NCBI GenBank assembly: GCA_035606475.1
Contig: DATNFI010000133.1
Coordinates: 1 to 58,329, forward strand
DNA length: 58,329 nucleotides
Reading direction: 5' to 3'
DNA from: Mycobacterium sp.
Lineage (GTDB): Bacteria > Actinomycetota > Actinomycetes > Mycobacteriales > Mycobacteriaceae
Part shown: positions 30,517-39,995 of the stretch, one piece after another
Layout of the letters: each line of letters starts with the position of its first letter
Numbering within the stretch: the stretch's first letter is position 1
Made by a program: the position numbers and the translations under genes
Notes under the pieces: generated by a model
Seen by the model: only the letters and a program-made list of their open reading frames with translations
Databases searched by the model: none
What the model was told of the DNA's origin: nothing

Positions 30517-32253
30517 ATGTCTCAATCGACCATTCTTTCGATGCTCCACGGGCGTGCCAGTCTGCGACCCAATGACGTTGCCTTTACTTTCACCGATTAT
30601 GAGAAAGACCATGCGGGCGTCGCCGAAAGCCTGACCTGGTCGCAACTATCCCGCCAGACGCTGAATGCGGCCCGCGAAATTCGTGCGCACGGGTCGGTCG
30701 GAGACCGCGCGGTCATCCTGGCGCCGCAAGGCCTCGACTACATCCGCGCATTCCTGGGAGCCATGCAGGCGGGGCTGATCGCGGTGCCGCTTCCGCTGCC
30801 CCACCGCGGCTCCAGTTTCGACCGGGTCGGCGCCGTGTTCGCCGACACCGCGCCCTCGGTCGTTCTCACGACGACCTCGGCGGCCGAAGACGTCGGCGAT
30901 TATGTCGACCAGTCACGCATGGACACCGCACCGAAGATCGTCGCGATCGACGCGTTGAACCTGCAGGCCGAGGGCGGGCCGAGCCTTCCCCAGGCCGATC
31001 TGCCGGACATCGCGTATCTGCAGTACAGCTCGGGTTCGACCCGGCTACCGACCGGCGTGATGATGTCGCACCGCAACCTGACGGTGAACTTCGAGCAGTT
31101 GATGACCAGCTTCTTCGCGGGCACTAAAGTGCCATCCGATACCACGCTTGTGTCGTGGTTGCCCTTCTATCACGACATGGGACTGGTGCTCGGCGTCTGT
31201 GCACCGATCTTGGGCGGTTACCACGCAGAGCTGGCCAGCCCGGTTAGCTTCCTCGAGAGGCCGGCCCGGTGGGTGCGGGCGCTGGCCGAGAATCCGCACG
31301 CATGGTCATCGGCGCCGAACTTCGCATTCGACCTGGCCGCCCGCAAGACGACCGACGCCGACCTCGCCGGCCTCGATCTCGGCGGCGTGCTGGGAATCAT
31401 CAGCGGTGCCGAGCGTGTCGAGCCCGCTACTCTGCAGCGCTTCGTCGATCGGTTCTCGCACTTCAACTTCAAAGACCACATGATGCGCCCGTCCTACGGC
31501 CTGGCCGAGGCCACGGTCTTCGTCACGGCGGGTACCTGGAATGAGGACGAGCCCGCGGTGTACTTCGATGTCGGCGAACTCGGCGTCGGTCGCGTCGAGC
31601 GGTGCGCGCCCGGGGCCGGCTCCGCACTGGTCAGCTATCAGATACCGCGGTCCCCGATGCTGCGGATCGTCGACAGCGAGACCCAACGCGAGTGCCCGCC
31701 GGACGAAGTCGGCGAAATCTGGGTGCATGGCGAGAACGTCGCCGAGGGCTACTGGGGCAAACCCGCGGAGGACCAGACCTGCTTCGGTGCCACGCTCAGC
31801 GACCCTTCGCCGGGCACCCCGGCTGGCCCCTGGCTGCGCACCGGCGACCTGGGCTTCATCTACGAAGGCGAGCTGTTCATCGTCGGCCGGATCAAGGATC
31901 TGCTGATCATCCGGGGCCGCAACCACTACCCCGAGGACATCGAGGCCACGGTCCAGCAGATCGCCCAAGGCCGGGTCGCAGCGATTTCGGTGCAGGTGGA
32001 CAGCACCGAGCAACTCGTCACGGTCATCGAGGTGAAGAAGAAGCGTGGCGAGGCCAGCGAGGATCTACGGCACCGGCTCAGCGGGGTGCGAAGCGAGATC
32101 ACCTCGGCGATCTCCAACGCGCACGGGTTGAATGTCGGTGACGTGGTCCTGGTGCCGGCCGGCTCGATTCCCATCACCACGAGCGGCAAAGTCCGTCGCG
32201 CGGCGTGCGTCGAGCAATACCGCCAAGATCAATTTGCCCGGCTGGACGCCTAG
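30517..32253 (+). CDS. fadD23: Fatty acyl-AMP ligase (FadD23-like)
   Basis: AYLQYSSGST, WLPFYHDMG, SYGLAEAT, RTGDLG, GRNHYPEDIE. Confidence 0.88.
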   Translation: MSQSTILSMLHGRASLRPNDVAFTFTDYEKDHAGVAESLTWSQLSRQTLNAAREIRAHGSVGDRAVILAPQGLDYIRAFLGAMQAGLIAVPLPLPHRGSSFDRVGAVFADTAPSVVLTTTSAAEDVGDYVDQSRMDTAPKIVAIDALNLQAEGGPSLPQADLPDIAYLQYSSGSTRLPTGVMMSHRNLTVNFEQLMTSFFAGTKVPSDTTLVSWLPFYHDMGLVLGVCAPILGGYHAELASPVSFLERPARWVRALAENPHAWSSAPNFAFDLAARKTTDADLAGLDLGGVLGIISGAERVEPATLQRFVDRFSHFNFKDHMMRPSYGLAEATVFVTAGTWNEDEPAVYFDVGELGVGRVERCAPGAGSALVSYQIPRSPMLRIVDSETQRECPPDEVGEIWVHGENVAEGYWGKPAEDQTCFGATLSDPSPGTPAGPWLRTGDLGFIYEGELFIVGRIKDLLIIRGRNHYPEDIEATVQQIAQGRVAAISVQVDSTEQLVTVIEVKKKRGEASEDLRHRLSGVRSEITSAISNAHGLNVGDVVLVPAGSIPITTSGKVRRAACVEQYRQDQFARLDA

Positions 32254-32285
32254 CCCCGGCGCGGGCGCACCACCAGAATCACCTC

Positions 32286-32936
32286 ATGCTGGCGACGGTC
32301 CTGATAATGGCGCTTGCCGTCAGTGTCGAACCATTTCGCATCGGTATGACGGTGCTGATGCTGAATAGGCCAAGACCGGCGCTTCAGCTATTCGCATTTT
32401 TGTGCGGTGGATTCGCCATGGGAACATCGGTGGGTCTGATCGTCCTATTTGTTTTTCGACGCATCCTGCTCGGACATTCTTTCGTCACGGTGCCCCGAGT
32501 GCAGCTCCTGATCGGGCTGCTGGTGCTGTGTATCGCCGCAATCGTCGGCTTGGACCTCCTGGGTCGGCTGGGTCCTCGGCCCGCGAAATTGGCACAGCCG
32601 GCCACCACACTGCTGAAGGGCGACTCATTGTCGGTCGCCGGGATCGCCGGTTTGAGCATCGCTCTGCCGTCGGTCGACTATCTGGCCGCGCTGGCCGTCA
32701 TCCTGGCTTCCGGGGCCGCCGCGCTGACCCAGGTGGCCGTGCTGGTGGCCTTTAACGTGGTGGCCTTCGCGCTGGTGGAGATTCCGCTGCTGGCCTACCT
32801 CCTGGCGCCCGACTGGACCGCCAGGGCGGTGACGAGGCTCGACGAATGGATTCAATCGCGCCGCCGACGCGACGTCGCGATCGCGCTGGGCGTGATCGGT
32901 TGCGCGTTCCTTGCCGCCGGCGCGGCCGGCATCTGA
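32286..32936 (+). CDS. GAP-family glycolipid addressing membrane protein
   Basis: EPFRIG..LMLNRPRP and ALPSVDYLAAL motifs; about six TM segments; follows fadD23. Confidence 0.82.
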   Translation: MLATVLIMALAVSVEPFRIGMTVLMLNRPRPALQLFAFLCGGFAMGTSVGLIVLFVFRRILLGHSFVTVPRVQLLIGLLVLCIAAIVGLDLLGRLGPRPAKLAQPATTLLKGDSLSVAGIAGLSIALPSVDYLAALAVILASGAAALTQVAVLVAFNVVAFALVEIPLLAYLLAPDWTARAVTRLDEWIQSRRRRDVAIALGVIGCAFLAAGAAGI

Positions 32937-32976
32937 GTCTGCGTTTAGCGCGAAACTGATTCAGCCTGAGGCTTTT

Positions 32977-34122
32977 TCATTGCGCGTTGACTTCGAACTT
33001 CTCGGCGATTTCCTGCCAGGCGCGAGCGTTCTTGCGGGCGATCTCGGCGAAGGTTCCCGAGCAGTGAGTCGGCACGGCGTCGGTGAATTCATTGCAGGCG
33101 CTGATCGCCACGACGACCGTCGACAGCAGCCGCAGCAGCGCGCGTCCCCGCTCTGACGACCGGACCGATGGATCGTTCCTGAGTCGTTGGAGCAAATCAC
33201 GGCCGCTGCCCTCCGGGGGCACCCGCGTGCCCCGCGACGAATTCGCGAGCGGCGGTGGCGCGGCGGCGCCGGCCGCGCTGACGACCGGTGCGGCGCTCTG
33301 GCCGAGCTTCTTGGCCAGATTGACCGGCAGCGGGCTCTCGCCGTTGTCAATACGCTGCCGCACATCGCGCGCCGTCGTGACGGAGACGCCCGCTTTGCGA
33401 GCGATCTCACGCAGCGACGCCCGCGGATTCACGGACAGGAATTCGGCGGCGCGGCGCCGGCCATTAGCCGGACTGACCGGTCGCACTTTCCCGTCACGCC
33501 CCAGCCTAGGGTTCAACTGGGAGATTTCCTCGGTTGCACACCCACGCAATTTTCCGACCGTCTTATTGGAGACACCCGCAATCAATCCAATAGACCGGTC
33601 CGACCAATGCGGGTAGGATGTCAAAACTCTTTGTGCGGCAGCCTTTCTTTCAGAAAGCGTCAATGGCAGGCCGTGCGTGACGTTCAAATGCACAGCGAGG
33701 GCGAAAGCCTCGGCGTCGTTGCCCTCGAAAAGCCGGGCCGCAATTGTGCTGTGCCCCCGCAATTCGGTGGCGCGAAGCCGGTGCACGCCGTCGATCACGC
33801 GCATCGACCCCCGATGAATGACGATCGGCGGCAGCGGCAGTTGCGATTGCGCTAGCACCTGGATGTGGTTCTGGTTGGCCTTGTTCTTCCGGGGCGTATA
33901 CGAATTGCGGATCGCCGCAAGCGGAACGTTCTCGACCGGCAGCAGGTTGCCGCGCCGTACCCACTCCTCCACAGCGCAGGCGGACAGCGGGTCGAGCTGG
34001 CCGTAGCCGGGCAGCGAGGCGAGCGTCATGCCTGCCTCGGTGATGGTCCGTGCGCCGCTCTCGGGTAATTGCGCCATTGACTCGAAGTCCTGAACTATCT
34101 TCTCGGACGTCTTCCACGACAA
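32977..34122 (-). CDS. StrR/NovG-family transcriptional regulator (ParB N-terminal domain plus HTH)
   Basis: LPPIVIHRGSMRVIDGVHRL, N.THGLPLTLSERKAAA, HWSDRSIG..AGVS.KTV, RLGRDGKVRP, SLREIA..AGVS, LRNDPSVR.SE.GR; start uncertain (34122, 34077 or 34029). Confidence 0.88.
   Translation of the reverse strand: MSWKTSEKIVQDFESMAQLPESGARTITEAGMTLASLPGYGQLDPLSACAVEEWVRRGNLLPVENVPLAAIRNSYTPRKNKANQNHIQVLAQSQLPLPPIVIHRGSMRVIDGVHRLRATELRGHSTIAARLFEGNDAEAFALAVHLNVTHGLPLTLSERKAAAQRVLTSYPHWSDRSIGLIAGVSNKTVGKLRGCATEEISQLNPRLGRDGKVRPVSPANGRRRAAEFLSVNPRASLREIARKAGVSVTTARDVRQRIDNGESPLPVNLAKKLGQSAAPVVSAAGAAAPPPLANSSRGTRVPPEGSGRDLLQRLRNDPSVRSSERGRALLRLLSTVVVAISACNEFTDAVPTHCSGTFAEIARKNARAWQEIAEKFEVNAQ
33511..33539. 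promoter_or_regulatory. StrR/NovG-type operator inside the regulator gene
   Basis: GTTCAACTG-N11-CGGTTGCAC vs recalled consensus GTTCRACTG-N11-CRGTYGAAC: 17/18. Confidence 0.7.
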
Positions 34123-34139
34123 GTTTGCTGCGTGCCCAT
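34095..34139 (-). other. Arg-rich 14-aa upstream ORF, or frameshifted 5' end of the regulator
   Basis: SD GAAAGGGG 9 nt before ATG 34139; reads MGTQQTCRGRRPRR*; out of frame with the regulator. Confidence 0.4.
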
Positions 34140-34566
34140 GCGATCAGACCCCTTTCGGCGGTTCGAACAACTTACGCGCGCGTAGGTTACTCTAGAGTAA
34201 GAATACAACTGTTCACTTGTCAACTTGCTGGGTCAATTTCGGTACCGGCGGTCCGCCCTATCGCCGCGCGGCCCATCCGATGCCTCTATCGGTTGCGGCA
34301 GTGCAGGTTTCGGCCAGAACTCAACGCATGTTCACGGTAAAAATCCACGTCCAGCCGTCATTGACGGGTGTCTATTTTCCGTTGCTCGGCCTGGCGTGGG
34401 GCCTCGCCCAGAGCGAACCGCGACCATGGCTGGCCGACTCGCAGCGGTAGACAGCGGGAAAATTGTCCGACACGGCAAAATTAACTCCGCGTGAGAGCTG
34501 CCCGACTCGGGCGCCGATCGGCCGGTTGCACATAATGAGTCAGTCACACCGGCAAAGGAGCCCTTG

Positions 34567-35628
34567 ATGAACGCGACAATCCCCGGCCAACCGCTTCGCG
34601 TGATCCAGTGGACCACCGGCAACATCGGGCGACGCTCGCTGCACGCCATCATCGGCAGGCCGGACCTGGAACTTGTCGGCGTCTACGCCCACGGTCAGGA
34701 CAAGGTCGGGGTGGACGCCGCTGAGCTGTCCGGCTGGCCCGAGCCGACCGGGGTCACCGCCACCAACGACATCGACGCCCTGCTCGCCCTTCGCCCCGAT
34801 GCGTGTTGCTACAACCCGCTGTGGCCCAGCATCGACGAGCTGGTTCGGCTGCTCGAGGCCGGTGTCAACGTGTGCACCAGCGCGGCCTGGATCACCGGCG
34901 GCAAGCAGACCGGTGCGGACCGCCAACGAATTCTCGACGCCTGCGAGCGGGGCCAGTCGACGATCTTCGGCAGCGGCGCGCACCCGGGGATGACGAACCT
35001 GGTCGGGATGGCGCTCAGCGGCTCGTGTGAGCGCGTCGACGAAATCCGCATCACCGAGTCGGTGGACTGCTCCACCTACGAATCGGCGGAGACCCAAACC
35101 GCCATGGGCTTTTCACAGGACCCGGAGACGCCGGGGCTGGCCGAGAATGTGCGACGCGAAAGCGAGGTGTTCGCCGAGTCCGCCGCGATGATGGCCGATG
35201 CGATCGGGGCGAAGCTGGACAAGATGACCTTCGACGTCACGTTCACCGCGGCTACCGGCGACTCCGACCTGGGCTTCATGAAGATCCCGGCCGGCACCGT
35301 CGGCAGCGTCTTCGGCTATCACCGCGGCTGGGTCGGCGACCACAACGTGGTCAGCGTCGGATTCAACTGGACCATGGGCAATCACGTGGTGCCGCCCAAA
35401 CCACTCGAGCACGGCCATGTCATTCAGGTGTTCGGCATACCCAACATGCGCACCGTCGTGCACTGCCTGCCACCGAAGGACTGGACCGAACCTGGATTCA
35501 TGGGCCTGGGCATGATTTACACCGCGATGCCGGTGACCAATGCGGTGCCCGCCGTTGTGGCGGCCGAGCCCGGAATCGTCACGCTGGCCGACCTCCCGCC
35601 GGTCACCGGGCGCGCCGCATCGGCATAG
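34567..35628 (+). CDS. Dihydrodipicolinate-reductase-like NAD(P)H oxidoreductase (Rv0926c family)
   Basis: QWTTGNIG Rossmann start, KVGVDAAEL, GSGAHPG, VVAAEPGIVT; SD AAGGAG. Confidence 0.85.
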   Translation: MNATIPGQPLRVIQWTTGNIGRRSLHAIIGRPDLELVGVYAHGQDKVGVDAAELSGWPEPTGVTATNDIDALLALRPDACCYNPLWPSIDELVRLLEAGVNVCTSAAWITGGKQTGADRQRILDACERGQSTIFGSGAHPGMTNLVGMALSGSCERVDEIRITESVDCSTYESAETQTAMGFSQDPETPGLAENVRRESEVFAESAAMMADAIGAKLDKMTFDVTFTAATGDSDLGFMKIPAGTVGSVFGYHRGWVGDHNVVSVGFNWTMGNHVVPPKPLEHGHVIQVFGIPNMRTVVHCLPPKDWTEPGFMGLGMIYTAMPVTNAVPAVVAAEPGIVTLADLPPVTGRAASA

Positions 35629-35809
35629 TGCGAACCCGCGCACATTGGGGGCAAACAGAACGCGGGCGTCCCCTATCGTCTAGCATCGTTAGCCGAGCAA
35701 AGGTTCTTCGGCGACGCTGGCCGGGACGCGTCTTTTTCGAGCGCGGAAAGGATCCGCAGCGTGACGCGTTCGTGGGCACCATGGCGGACGAGCGGCGGGA
35801 GGAGACCGA

Positions 35810-36253
35810 GTGAGGGCGATGTCGATTAGCGGTGTAGTCAAGCGTGCCTGGATACCGCTGCTGCTCATTGTGGTGCTGTCCGTTTCCGCGCTGGCTGTCA
35901 CCCGGTTGCACAAGGTGTTCGCTTCGCAGGATCTCAACGCGAATTCAGGAGCCGGAATCAAGATCGTGCAGTTCAACCCGAAAGTCGTGAAGTACGAGAT
36001 CGACGGGCCGCCCGGCAGCGTCGCGAATATCAACTACTGGGACGCGGACGCCAACACACACCAGGTGAACAACGCACCGCTGCCATGGTCGTACACGATT
36101 TCCACGACGCTGCCCGCCGTGAGCGCCAACATCATGGCGCAAACGGACGCCCCCTACATCGGCTGCCGCATCACGGTCGACGGAGAGCTGCGCGAGCAGC
36201 GAAGCTCGGACGGGCATACCGCCCAGACCTTCTGCCTGGTGAAGTCCGCATGA
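35810..36253 (+). CDS. MmpS-family accessory protein
   Basis: KRAWIPLLL TM, FNPKVVKYEI.G, LPWS, IGCRITVDG, TFCLVKSA; start 35810 or 35819. Confidence 0.92.
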   Translation: MRAMSISGVVKRAWIPLLLIVVLSVSALAVTRLHKVFASQDLNANSGAGIKIVQFNPKVVKYEIDGPPGSVANINYWDADANTHQVNNAPLPWSYTISTTLPAVSANIMAQTDAPYIGCRITVDGELREQRSSDGHTAQTFCLVKSA

Positions 36254-39156
36254 CACACGCCGACACCGACGCGCAGACTACCGCGACCAAGCCGCACCAC
36301 CCGTTCATCCCGCACTTCATTCGGATCTTCTCGATTCCGATCATCCTGGGCTGGGTCGCGCTGACCGTCTTGGTCAACGTTGCCGTCCCCAGCCTGGAAA
36401 TTGTCGGCGAAAACCATTCCGCGCCAATGGCACCCCTGGAAGCGCCGTCGAATCAGGCGATGATGCGGATGGGGCACAACTTCAAAGAGTTCAGCTCCAA
36501 CAGCACGGTCATGGTGGTGGTGGAGAGTCAACAGCCACTCGGCGAAGCCGCGCACCGCTACTACGACAACATCGTCCGTAAGCTGCGGGCCGACCGTCAA
36601 CACGTTCAGCACATCCAGGACTTCTGGGGTGACCGTTTCACCGCGGCCGGCGCTCAGAGCGCCGATGCCAAGGCCTCCTATGTTCAGGTGAACATCGCCG
36701 GCAACCAGGGCACCACGGAGGCCAACAAGTCCGTCGAGGCCGTCCGCAAGGTCGTCGACGACGAACCCGCGCCGCCCGGGGTCCAGGCTCACGTCACCGG
36801 CTCGGCGGCGCTGTCGGACGACATGCACGTCATCGGCAATGACAGTCTGGCCAAGATCACGTTGTTCACCCTCGGCGCGATCGCGATCATGCTGCTGCTG
36901 GTCTACCGCTCGTTCGTCACCACATTGATCCAGCTGTTCATGACGTTCGTCGCGCTGGCGTGTGCCCGCGGAATCGTCGCGGTTCTCGGCTACAACAACG
37001 CCTTTGGGCTCACCACGTTCGCCGCGAACATCCTGACGATGCTCGCGATCGCGGCCGGCACCGACTATGGCATCTTCCTGGTCGGCCGCTATCAGGAGGC
37101 GCGTCGCGCCGGCGAAGACCGCGAAACCGCCTACTACACAATGTTCAAGGGTGTGGCCCCCGTCGTGCTGGGGTCCGGGTTGACCATTGCCGGCGCGACG
37201 TACTGTCTGAGCTTCTGCCGGTTGCCCTGGTTCCACACGATGGGCGCACCGGTGTTCGTCGGCATGATCGTCGTGGTGGTGGCCGGCCTGACGCTGGGCC
37301 CGGCCGTGGTGTTCGTGGGCAGCCGGTTCGGGCTGTTCGAGAAGAAGGGTCAGGCCCGCGGCCGGTTGTGGCGGCGAGTCGGTACCGCGGTGGTGCGTTG
37401 GCCCGCACCGGTTTTCGCGGTGAGCACGGCCGTAGTGCTGGTCGGGATGGTCGCGCTGCCCGGCTATAAGCCGAGTTACAACGACCGCCACTACCTGCCC
37501 GAAACAGCGCGGTCCAACGTCGGGTACGCCGCGGCCGACCGGCACTTCTCCGAGGCCCGGATGAATCCGGACCTGCTGATGATCGAGGCCGACCACGATA
37601 TGCGCAATCCGGCCGACATGCTGGTGCTGGACCGGGTCGCCAAGAATGAGATGCGGACCGTCGGCATCGCGATGGTGCAGGACATCACCCGACCGCTGGG
37701 AATTCCTATCCAGCACAGCTCAATTCCGTTCCAGAACAGCATCCAGAGCCAGACGACCATGCAGAACATGGACTTTCTCAAAGACAGAATGAAAGACATT
37801 CTGAAAATGGCTGACGAGATGCAGATCATGATCAACGTGACGGAACGGCAGGCGAAGGTCACCCATGATCTGGCCAGCGCTGCGCTCGACAGCGCGAAAA
37901 CCACGCAGGAGACCTCGGAGATCACCGACACCCTGCGTGACCACATCGCGGACTTCGACGACACCTGGCGCCCGCTGCGCAGCTTCTTCTACTGGGAGAA
38001 GCACTGCTACGACATCCCGCTCTGCATCGCGACGCGGTCGTTGTTCGACTCGATCGACGGTTTTGACCAACTCGCCGAGAAGTTCCACGAGCTCTCCGGC
38101 GACATCACCCGCACGGCGCAGGCTTCCCACGAGCTGGAGCTGCTGATCCCGATCATGCTGGAAACGTTGAAAACGACGCATGGTCTGACGCTGACCATGT
38201 ATCAGACGTTCCAGGCGATGATCAATCAGATGGAAGCGATGAGCAACACCTCCATCGTGATGGGGCAGAGCTTCGACAAGTCGCAGAACGACGACTTCTT
38301 CTACCTCCCGCCCGAGGCGTTCACCAACCCGGAATTCATTCGCGGCGTGAAGTTGTTCTTCTCTCCCGACGGAAAGTCGGTGCGGTTCTTCATCACTCAC
38401 CAGGGTGATCCGATGTCGCCGGAGGGCATCGACCGGGTGGGCGCGGAGCGCACCGCTGCCCAGGAAGGGCTCAAGCAGTCCTCGTTGTCCGACGCGAAGG
38501 TGTATCTCGGCGGCACCGCCGCGACGTTCCGGGATATGGCCGACGGTGAGAAGTACGACCTGATGATCGCGGTGGTGTCGGCGTTGACGCTGATCTTCAT
38601 GATCATGTTGCTGCTGACCCGAAGTGTGGTGGCGGCGTTGGTGATTGTGGGCACGGCGAGCAGCTCGATCGCCGCGTCCGTCGGGCTGTCCGTGCTGATC
38701 TGGCAGGACCTGTTCGGTATGCACCTGCACTGGATCGTCGTGGCGCTGTCGGTGATCATCCTGTTGGCCGTCGGCTCGGACTACAACCTGCTGCTGGTAT
38801 CGAGGTTCAAAGAAGAGATTCACGCCGGACTCAAGACCGGATACGTCCGGTCGATGGCCGGCACCGGCGCGGTGGTGACCTCAGCTGGCCTGGTGTTCGC
38901 CTTCACGATGGCCGCGATGCTGGGCAGCGACCTGACCGTGCTGGGTCAGTTCGGCTCGACGGTCTGCATCGGTCTGCTGCTCGACACCCTGGTCGTGCGA
39001 ACACTGTTCATGCCGTCGCTGGCCACGCTGCTCGGCCGCTGGTTCTGGTGGCCGCTGGTGGTCCATCCGCGCGGCGACCACGCCAAGCCGAAGCCGCGGC
39101 CCGCCGCCGTCGTCGAGGAGGCCAACACCGCCCCGCTGGCCGCGCAAAAGTCTTGA
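36250..39156 (+). CDS. MmpL RND transporter (MmpL4/5-like)
   Basis: ATGA overlap with mmpS; GTDYGIF, GSDYNLL, FFYLPPEAF.NP, LLGRWFWWP. Confidence 0.92.
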   Translation: MTHADTDAQTTATKPHHPFIPHFIRIFSIPIILGWVALTVLVNVAVPSLEIVGENHSAPMAPLEAPSNQAMMRMGHNFKEFSSNSTVMVVVESQQPLGEAAHRYYDNIVRKLRADRQHVQHIQDFWGDRFTAAGAQSADAKASYVQVNIAGNQGTTEANKSVEAVRKVVDDEPAPPGVQAHVTGSAALSDDMHVIGNDSLAKITLFTLGAIAIMLLLVYRSFVTTLIQLFMTFVALACARGIVAVLGYNNAFGLTTFAANILTMLAIAAGTDYGIFLVGRYQEARRAGEDRETAYYTMFKGVAPVVLGSGLTIAGATYCLSFCRLPWFHTMGAPVFVGMIVVVVAGLTLGPAVVFVGSRFGLFEKKGQARGRLWRRVGTAVVRWPAPVFAVSTAVVLVGMVALPGYKPSYNDRHYLPETARSNVGYAAADRHFSEARMNPDLLMIEADHDMRNPADMLVLDRVAKNEMRTVGIAMVQDITRPLGIPIQHSSIPFQNSIQSQTTMQNMDFLKDRMKDILKMADEMQIMINVTERQAKVTHDLASAALDSAKTTQETSEITDTLRDHIADFDDTWRPLRSFFYWEKHCYDIPLCIATRSLFDSIDGFDQLAEKFHELSGDITRTAQASHELELLIPIMLETLKTTHGLTLTMYQTFQAMINQMEAMSNTSIVMGQSFDKSQNDDFFYLPPEAFTNPEFIRGVKLFFSPDGKSVRFFITHQGDPMSPEGIDRVGAERTAAQEGLKQSSLSDAKVYLGGTAATFRDMADGEKYDLMIAVVSALTLIFMIMLLLTRSVVAALVIVGTASSSIAASVGLSVLIWQDLFGMHLHWIVVALSVIILLAVGSDYNLLLVSRFKEEIHAGLKTGYVRSMAGTGAVVTSAGLVFAFTMAAMLGSDLTVLGQFGSTVCIGLLLDTLVVRTLFMPSLATLLGRWFWWPLVVHPRGDHAKPKPRPAAVVEEANTAPLAAQKS

Positions 39157-39157
39157 G

Positions 39158-39991
39158 CTAGTCGGCCAACTCCACGCATACCCCGAGCGCGCCGGCGCCG
39201 ACATGGAGGGCCAACACCGGGCCCAGCCCGGTGACGATCGCCGGCTCGCAGCCGGGCAACCGCTCGGCCAACTCGGCTGCCAGGCTCTGCGCGCCGTCGG
39301 GGTTGGCGACATGATGCACCGCGAGCGAGGCTCGCTGCTCCCCGACGATCTCGACGACCCTGTCGATCATCGTCGCGACCGCTTTGCTGGCCGTCCGAAC
39401 ACGTTGTGCCAGAACAAGTTTACCGTCGTCAATGCGCAACAGCGGCTTGAGCGACAGCTTGGTGCCCAGCCACGCGCCGGCGCCACCGATCCGTCCACTG
39501 CGGCGCAGATTGTCCAGTTGATGCACGACGATGAAGCCGTGATTGCGGCCCACCGCGGCGGCCGCGGCGGAAGCAACACCGTCCTGGTCGGCGCCGTCGG
39601 CGGCGGCCCGCGCCGCGGCCAAGGCGATGAAGCCGGTGTTCATACCGGTGAATTTCGAGTCGAGAACCCTGATCTCCGAGCCGATCTCGGTGGCGGTCGC
39701 CGCTGCGGCCCGGTACGTCCCAGACAGCGCCTTGGACAGGTGCACCGCGACCACCCCGTCGCCGCCGCTGTCGATCAACGCCTGTCGGTACACATCGGCC
39801 AACTCGGCGGGGGTCGCGGCCGCCGTGGTGGCTTGGCCGTACTCGTGGATGCTGTCCGGAATGTCGTCCACGCCGTCCCGGAGATCGGTGTCGTCGAGCA
39901 GAATGTGCAGCGGGACTTCACGTATCCCCCACTGCCGCCGCAGTTCTTCGGGAAGGCGTGCCGATGAATCGGTGACGACGACGACTGGCAT
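39158..39991 (-). CDS. DegV-family fatty-acid-binding protein
   Basis: VVTDSS, HLS.ALSGT, LRRSGRI, HVGAGALG. Confidence 0.92.
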   Translation of the reverse strand: MPVVVVTDSSARLPEELRRQWGIREVPLHILLDDTDLRDGVDDIPDSIHEYGQATTAAATPAELADVYRQALIDSGGDGVVAVHLSKALSGTYRAAAATATEIGSEIRVLDSKFTGMNTGFIALAAARAAADGADQDGVASAAAAAVGRNHGFIVVHQLDNLRRSGRIGGAGAWLGTKLSLKPLLRIDDGKLVLAQRVRTASKAVATMIDRVVEIVGEQRASLAVHHVANPDGAQSLAAELAERLPGCEPAIVTGLGPVLALHVGAGALGVCVELAD

Positions 39992-39995
39992 GAAC

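Noticed and set aside
13436-32936. Calling the PKS cluster a novel pathway or a complete GPL locus
   Set aside because: Gene set and architecture match the described TPP pathway; no NRPS or glycosyltransferase is present
32977-34122. ParB as a marker of an integrated plasmid or prophage
   Set aside because: No parA, rep or integrase nearby; the sequence blocks are StrR-type
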